From the NCBI GenBank assembly GCA_963730245.1, contig CAVSRA010000004.1, forward strand, positions 170,953 to 234,952: 64,000 nucleotides of DNA, given 5' to 3'. Made by a program: the position numbers and the translations under genes. The stretch is from an uncultured Alphaproteobacteria bacterium (lineage in GTDB: Bacteria; Pseudomonadota; Alphaproteobacteria; Rhizobiales; Beijerinckiaceae). This document shows positions 58,629 to 64,000 of this stretch, one piece after another; position 1 is the stretch's first letter, and every line of letters begins with the position of its first letter. The notes under the pieces were generated by a model. That model searched no databases, was not told the DNA's origin, and was given only the letters and a program-made list of their open reading frames with translations.

Positions 58629-58884
58629 TGTCGCTCCTCCGTAACCGCTGCTGAGAAGATCGCAAATCTGGCCGTCCTCCCAAAGCGGCAAATTGTGGAT
58701 AGCAAGCGTCAAGCGCACTTAATGTTATTACAAGGACATGGATGCAATTTCGACATATCCCCTCGAGGCTACGCACTAACGAATATTGTATATCTCAGAT
58801 TTGCTGATTTCGCCCAGGGCGGAATCAGCAGTCTCTTTGCCTCATTTTTCGCCGATTGGCAGAACTCATCCGCTTTGCGCCGAT

Positions 58885-60208
58885 ACTGTTCTCTAATAGG
58901 TCAAGGGCGACTGCGCTGGTTTGGGTGGTTAGCATTGCCTTCGGGTGACTGCGTTCTCTGCGTGCTCGATGGCGCTTGATGGGGTCAGCTGGGTGCGAGG
59001 CGGCTTGGTTGAAACCGCACTGGCCGCTCGTGGTCTGGCCGTGCGACAGAATCGGCGCCGTCCGTTGCTCCCTCCCTCGGGTCATGCTCCCCCTTGGGAG
59101 CTCGTCTCGGCCTCCGATCTCTGGTGGCGGCGGGTCTACGCCGGCTCGAACTCGGCGCCGTGTTTCAGCATGGCGAACATGATGACGGCGAGTCTGCGCG
59201 CGAGCGCAACCCGCGCCTTGCGCATCGTTGATCGCCTGGCAATGTCGAGCGCCCATGTTTTTAGTGCGAGACTGCCGCGGTAGTGGGTGAGCATCACATT
59301 GGCCGCCTCGTAGAGTAGTGTGCGGAGCCGTGCGTCGCCGCATTTGGAGATGCTGCCGGTATAGTCGATCTCGCCAGATTGATAACGCCGCGGGACCAAG
59401 CCTAGATAGGCGCCCACGTCACGCGAACGTCGGAAGCGATCGGGATCATCGATCGCGGCTGCGAAGGCCAGCGCAGTGAGCCGGCCCACACCCGGAATCG
59501 TCATCAGGCGTCGGCATGCCGACGACGATCGCTCTAGACTTTTCATGTCGGTGTTGATGGCAAGGATCGCCTTCACGATAGCATCGCGTGCGGCGAGCAA
59601 TCCCCGTATCGCGCCATCGAGGCCGGGAATCCCGCAACCGGCAGCCATCGCCTTTTCGGCAAAGCCGGAACTGAGCCCGCGCGGCAGCCTGACGCCGGTC
59701 CGCGGATCTGATTTTCGAGGGTGACGCGCTGACCGACCAGCTTCTTGCGTGCGACGAGGAGTGCGCGGACGGCATGTGAAGGGAGCGACTTCACGTGCAC
59801 CGGTTTGAAGAAACCGGTCCGCGCCAAATGCGCAAGACCGCGCACGTCATTCCGATCTGTCTTGTGGGCGGCCAGCGACCTCAACGCCTGGTAGGCCTGT
59901 CGGCTCTCGACGCAGACTACCGGCAAGCCAAGCGCTGTCAGGCCATGAAAGAGCATCGGGGCCATGCGGCCCGTCTCGAATAGAACGCGCTCAATGGCTG
60001 GCCCTTTTGCCAAGGCGGCGACGATTGTCTTGGGCGCGGTTGGCGTCCTGGTTTCAAGAATGACCTTGCCGTCTCGATCGACGACACAGACATGCGTCTC
60101 TTCCATAGAGACGTCCAATCCTGCAAAATACTCCATAGCTGCTCTCCTCTTCATATCGGAAAGCCGATCTTATCGACTTTCGGGGAGCAGCCGCCCATTA
60201 CCCGATGT
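58885..60208 (-). mobile_element. IS110/IS1111-family element with internal deletion and long 3' non-coding region
   Basis: AGLDVS, FETG, KTDRND, TIPGVG, YLGLVPRRYQSG; sub-terminal IRs at 60187-60198 and 58903-58914; exact ends uncertain. Confidence 0.82.
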
Positions 60209-60469
60209 TGAAAAACTCGGAAAATGAGGGACATCAGAAAATCAGACTTTGGTCTTGCAGGGCGGATAGAGCCACGCGTTGCCATCGCCGATTCGCTACG
60301 CCTGCTTCACACGGAAAAGTTAGCCTTTCTGCCAGGGGATCCCTAGCGCTTTCTTCTCGAAGCCCGCCTACTGCCACTGCCCGAAACCAACCATTCGTTC
60401 ATGTCCCTTTCGCCCATCCCGGAACCAGCTTACAATACCCTGTCGTCCAGGGGATCCTTCGGGGTGTGA

Positions 60470-60810
60470 GTCATGTCGTGACCGGATCGGAATGGGCGGC
60501 GACTCTCTCACTCGATCGGGGACGACGGGGGTCGGTGGTGCGTTTGTCACTTTTCGCTTCATGTGTTGAGGAGGCGAGCGACGTCGCGGTGACGGGGATG
60601 GGCGTCACCGTCCGCCGGGACGACTATGCTGGGCGCGGCCAGCTGGACCTGGTGCTGACCATTGCCTCTGACGCCCCCTTCGGCTGGCGAGATATCGAGC
60701 TGTCGTTCGGCGCGGAGCGACGCCGCTTGCCATTTGCCTTCGAGATCCTCGACCGGGCCTCGTCGAGCGGCTGGAGCACATGGCCGGGCATTGGAGGCCA
60801 TCTGATCTGA
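60470..60810 (+). CDS. Small Ig-like beta-sandwich protein (start uncertain)
   Basis: GVTV...LDLVLTIASDAPFGWRDIEL pattern; stop overlaps next ATG. Confidence 0.5.
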
Positions 60811-61769
60811 TGCGCGCGATATGGTCCTTCTGGTCGCGGCCGCACGATCTCTTTTATCACCGTTACTGGCACAGCGCGCGCACACACTGTCTTAGCTGGG
60901 CTCTCTCGTTAGGCGAGGCGGAGCGTCACTATGTTGATACGTGCCTGTTTGCCGACGAAGCCGGCGCTACGCTGTTGGTCGATCGACTGGGGCTGCCCTT
61001 TCGGCACGTCGACACTAGCCTCGAGGTGCTAAACCGCGAGGGTACGGACCCGCAATGGTGGGTGCTGGGCAAGCTCAGTGCCTATGCGGCACAAACCGAA
61101 CCCTTCGTTCATCTCGATGCCGACGTCATCTTGTGGAAACCCCTCCCGGCCTGGCTCGAAGCTACCCCGGTTTTTGCACAGAATCCCGAGCATTTCGAGT
61201 TCGAGGACCAGTCGCTTTATCGGGCCGATGGCTTCATGCGGGCGATGGCAGAGCTCGGCGGATGGCTGCCCGAGGAGTGGTACCTTTATGCCGAGCAGCG
61301 GCGTAATGCGGCGCTGTGCTGCGGCATACTCGGTGGCACGGACGTTGCGTTCCTCCGGCGCTACGCCTCTCTCGCGATCGACATTATCAGGCATCCGCAA
61401 AACGCTGTTGTTTGGGAGAGGCTTAACGTGCGGGATAATATTTTGGTCGAGCAATATTTTCTCGCCGCCTGCTTGGAGGTGTCGGCCAAACGAAGGCAAG
61501 CCCGGGGAGCAGATCCGGTCACCCTCGGCATTGAATGCCTGTTCCCTTCCTCGGCCCATGCCTTCGATCCGGCGGAGGCCGAGCGGGCCGGTTATACGCA
61601 TCTGATCGGGGACGCGAAGGCGGATCCGGCGATCGCCGCACGGCTGGAGGCGAGGGTGCGTTCGGCGCATCCCGCGCTTTATGAGAGATGCGTGAGCTTT
61701 TGTGCTGAGTCGGTAAAGAGAGCTGCATATGCGCGCATGCCCAGCCCAGTCGGCGAATGGGAGGAGTAG
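60810..61769 (+). CDS. DUF6734-like, GT-A glycosyltransferase-like protein
   Basis: MRAIWSFWSRP, WVLGKLSAYAAQTEPFVHLDADV (DxD), CGILGG, LVEQYFL, YTHLIG. Confidence 0.72.
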   Translation: MRAIWSFWSRPHDLFYHRYWHSARTHCLSWALSLGEAERHYVDTCLFADEAGATLLVDRLGLPFRHVDTSLEVLNREGTDPQWWVLGKLSAYAAQTEPFVHLDADVILWKPLPAWLEATPVFAQNPEHFEFEDQSLYRADGFMRAMAELGGWLPEEWYLYAEQRRNAALCCGILGGTDVAFLRRYASLAIDIIRHPQNAVVWERLNVRDNILVEQYFLAACLEVSAKRRQARGADPVTLGIECLFPSSAHAFDPAEAERAGYTHLIGDAKADPAIAARLEARVRSAHPALYERCVSFCAESVKRAAYARMPSPVGEWEE

Positions 61770-61770
61770 A

Positions 61771-62772
61771 ATGAACGGCAATGAGGACGCTGACCTGGAC
61801 GAGAGTTTCACGGCAGTCATCGAGCAGGCTCAACGGTGCGAGCAGCTGCTTCAGAATATACAGGCGGCTAATGCCCGCATCCTGGCACGCGTGGCGGCCG
61901 AAGAAGCCGTCTGGCAACGCGTGGCGAAAGAGCGCTATAACAATGCGTGCCGCGAATGTGCCGCGCGCCGCGACAATCCCGGGGTGCCGGATGCATATCT
62001 GGACGCCATAAGCGTGGACCCCGATCTTAAGGCGGTATGTGACAATCGTTGGCTGTTGGGCGAGGCAGTGGACGTGCTGCGCTCCCGACTTGATCGACTT
62101 GATACGATTGCCGCGCCTTACGACGATTTCGAACGCTGCATACGACGATCGGTTACAGCTCCTGACCGCTCTCCTGCGGAGCTAGACGGAGCGATCGAGG
62201 AGGCGCTGAGGCTGGCGCGCGATGTCGCCAACTGGAAGCCCGCGCACAAGGACGACACGACACTCGTCGACCGCTGGACGCAGCGCCTCAAGAACAACCG
62301 CGTCGTTGCTGCGATCATTATGGTCGCCGTGGCGCTGGGCGCAATCAGCAGCTTCTACAAGGAGTTTCCATCCAGCTGGACAGCAGGTATCGTCGCCTTG
62401 TTTGATCGGACTCCGCGTGCCACGGAGGGCTGGGCTGATGCCGGCACTCTCGACCCGTCCGATCATCACCGCTGGTCGCGCGTGTATGTCGAAATCGATG
62501 AGCAGAGCGGCGGGAGCGCGAGGCCCTATCCAGTACGGGCCGGCGACGTCATCAGGCCGCGCATCGACATCCCCGAGTGGATCGTTGGCTATGCCGAACG
62601 CGGGAACCAGGATGTGCTGATCGCACCGAAGCTCGAAAATTACAAAGCGCTAGCCAAGAACACGACCGGGGCGAAATATGCCGCCGGCGTTAAATACGAA
62701 GTCATGGAGGTGAGTGTCATGCCGGTGCTCGGTCAGGACGACGTGGTCTGGCTGCAACTCATTCCGCGCTGA
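61771..62772 (+). CDS. Hypothetical single-TM membrane protein
   Basis: GGAGG RBS; helical N-domain, TM VAAIIMVAVALGAI, beta-rich C-domain. Confidence 0.65.
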   Translation: MNGNEDADLDESFTAVIEQAQRCEQLLQNIQAANARILARVAAEEAVWQRVAKERYNNACRECAARRDNPGVPDAYLDAISVDPDLKAVCDNRWLLGEAVDVLRSRLDRLDTIAAPYDDFERCIRRSVTAPDRSPAELDGAIEEALRLARDVANWKPAHKDDTTLVDRWTQRLKNNRVVAAIIMVAVALGAISSFYKEFPSSWTAGIVALFDRTPRATEGWADAGTLDPSDHHRWSRVYVEIDEQSGGSARPYPVRAGDVIRPRIDIPEWIVGYAERGNQDVLIAPKLENYKALAKNTTGAKYAAGVKYEVMEVSVMPVLGQDDVVWLQLIPR

Positions 62773-62826
62773 CAGGCTCCGCCTGCCCATGAGATTGAAG
62801 GCCAGGGAGGGGCCAAGTCGCCTGGA

Positions 62827-63988
62827 TGTACTAGTTGATATTTGATCCGACATTTGGTGTCATAAGGCCGAAGCGAGAGCCGAGGCCGGGCGCGGAGCTG
62901 GCCAGGGTTGCGGAGAGCCCGGCCTCGGCGTTTTATGAGGACACCGACGATGACCAAGGACCAGAAGATTATCAAAGGAAAGGTGGGCTTGGCTCAAGCT
63001 CGCCAGGCAGCTCGGCAATGTGAGCCAGGCCTGCAAGATGCTCGGCTATAGCCGCGACAGCTTCTACCGCCTCAAGGAACTCTATGACAAAGGCGGCGAG
63101 CTGGCGTTGCAAGAGATCAGCCGCAGGAAGCCAATCCTGGCGAACCGGACCGCGCCCGAGATCGAGGCGCGGATCGTTGAATTTTCGCTGGAGCAGCCGG
63201 CCTTCGGCCAGATCCGCGTCGCTAACGAAATGAGGAAACTTGGCCACTCGATCTCGCCGGCCGGCGTGCGCGGCGTCTGGCAGCGCCATGATCTCGAGAC
63301 GATGAAGAAACGGCTCAAGGCGCTGGAAGCCAAGGTTGCTGAGGCAAGGCCGGATCCTGACCGAGGCGCAGGTCATAGCCTTGGAGAAAGCCAAGACCGA
63401 AAAGGAGGCGCACGGGCCAAGTTCGAGAGCGAATGCCCGGGCTACTGCGGGGCGCAGGACACGTTCTATGTTGGCAACATGAAAGGGGTCGGCCGCATCT
63501 ACCAACAGACCTTCATCGACACCTATTCGAAAGTGACGTTTGCCAAACTCTATGATCGCAAGACGCCGATCACCGCGGCCGACCTCTTGAACGATCGGGT
63601 CGTGCCCTTCTTCGACGAAAAGGACGTGAAGCTCTCACGTGTTCTGACCGATCGCGGCACCGAATATTGCGGCAATCCCGAGCATCACGAATACGAGCTC
63701 TATCTCGCGGTGGAAGATATTGACCATTCCAGGACCAAGACGAAGAGCCCACAAACGAATGGCATCGCTGAGCGCTTCCACAAGACAGTGCGGGATGAGT
63801 TCTATCGCATCGCCTTCCGAAAGAGGCTCTATGCCTCGATCGGGGATTTGCAGGACGACCTCGATCTATGGGTCAAAAGCTACAACGAGGAGAGACCGCA
63901 TCAAGGCCGCTGGTGCTTCGGCAAGACGCCGCTGCAAACATTCCTTGACGCCATCCCGATTGCGAGGGAAAAAATGATCGCTGCCTGA
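62827..63988 (+). mobile_element. IS481-family element, frameshifted
   Basis: TGT end; [42 protein letters not shown]. Confidence 0.88.
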
Positions 63989-64000
63989 CCACCATCGGCA

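Noticed and set aside
1-64000. CRISPR array, tRNA or rRNA genes
   Set aside because: No regularly spaced repeats or recognisable RNA gene signatures seen by eye.

Overview
This is a heavily decayed, IS-rich accessory region (plasmid or island) that looks alphaproteobacterial, probably Hyphomicrobiales (inferred from protein style, GC and EcfG-type stress genes). It holds seven near-identical IS1380 copies: five complete 1715-bp copies with 5-bp AT-rich target duplications and two truncated ones. IS630, IS21, IS66, IS110/IS1111, IS481, IS1182, IS5, IS6, ISNCY and Tn3 pieces are also present. Removing the ISs recovers several broken systems. (i) An Ssp-type DNA phosphorothioation locus: sspC and sspD remnants, a PT-associated methyltransferase, and a cysteine desulfurase remnant 35 kb away. 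(ii) A co-oriented cluster over about 19-38 kb: three RoxA/MauG-like diheme c-type cytochromes, a GMC oxidoreductase, an Old-Yellow-Enzyme-type flavin reductase, two membrane proteins and a patatin/cPLA2-like lipase. This is the best candidate for an undescribed, possibly lipid-oxygenating, pathway. (iii) A TIR-caspase-SLOG operon resembling type IV Thoeris. (iv) Two GNAT/DUF1778 toxin-antitoxin modules, one beside a tyrosine recombinase and a dif-like 11-6-11 site. (v) General-stress genes: two csbD, a PAS histidine kinase and a yihY fragment. (vi) An intact three-gene operon around a DUF6734-like glycosyltransferase-like protein. Family names come from motif recognition, not database searches.
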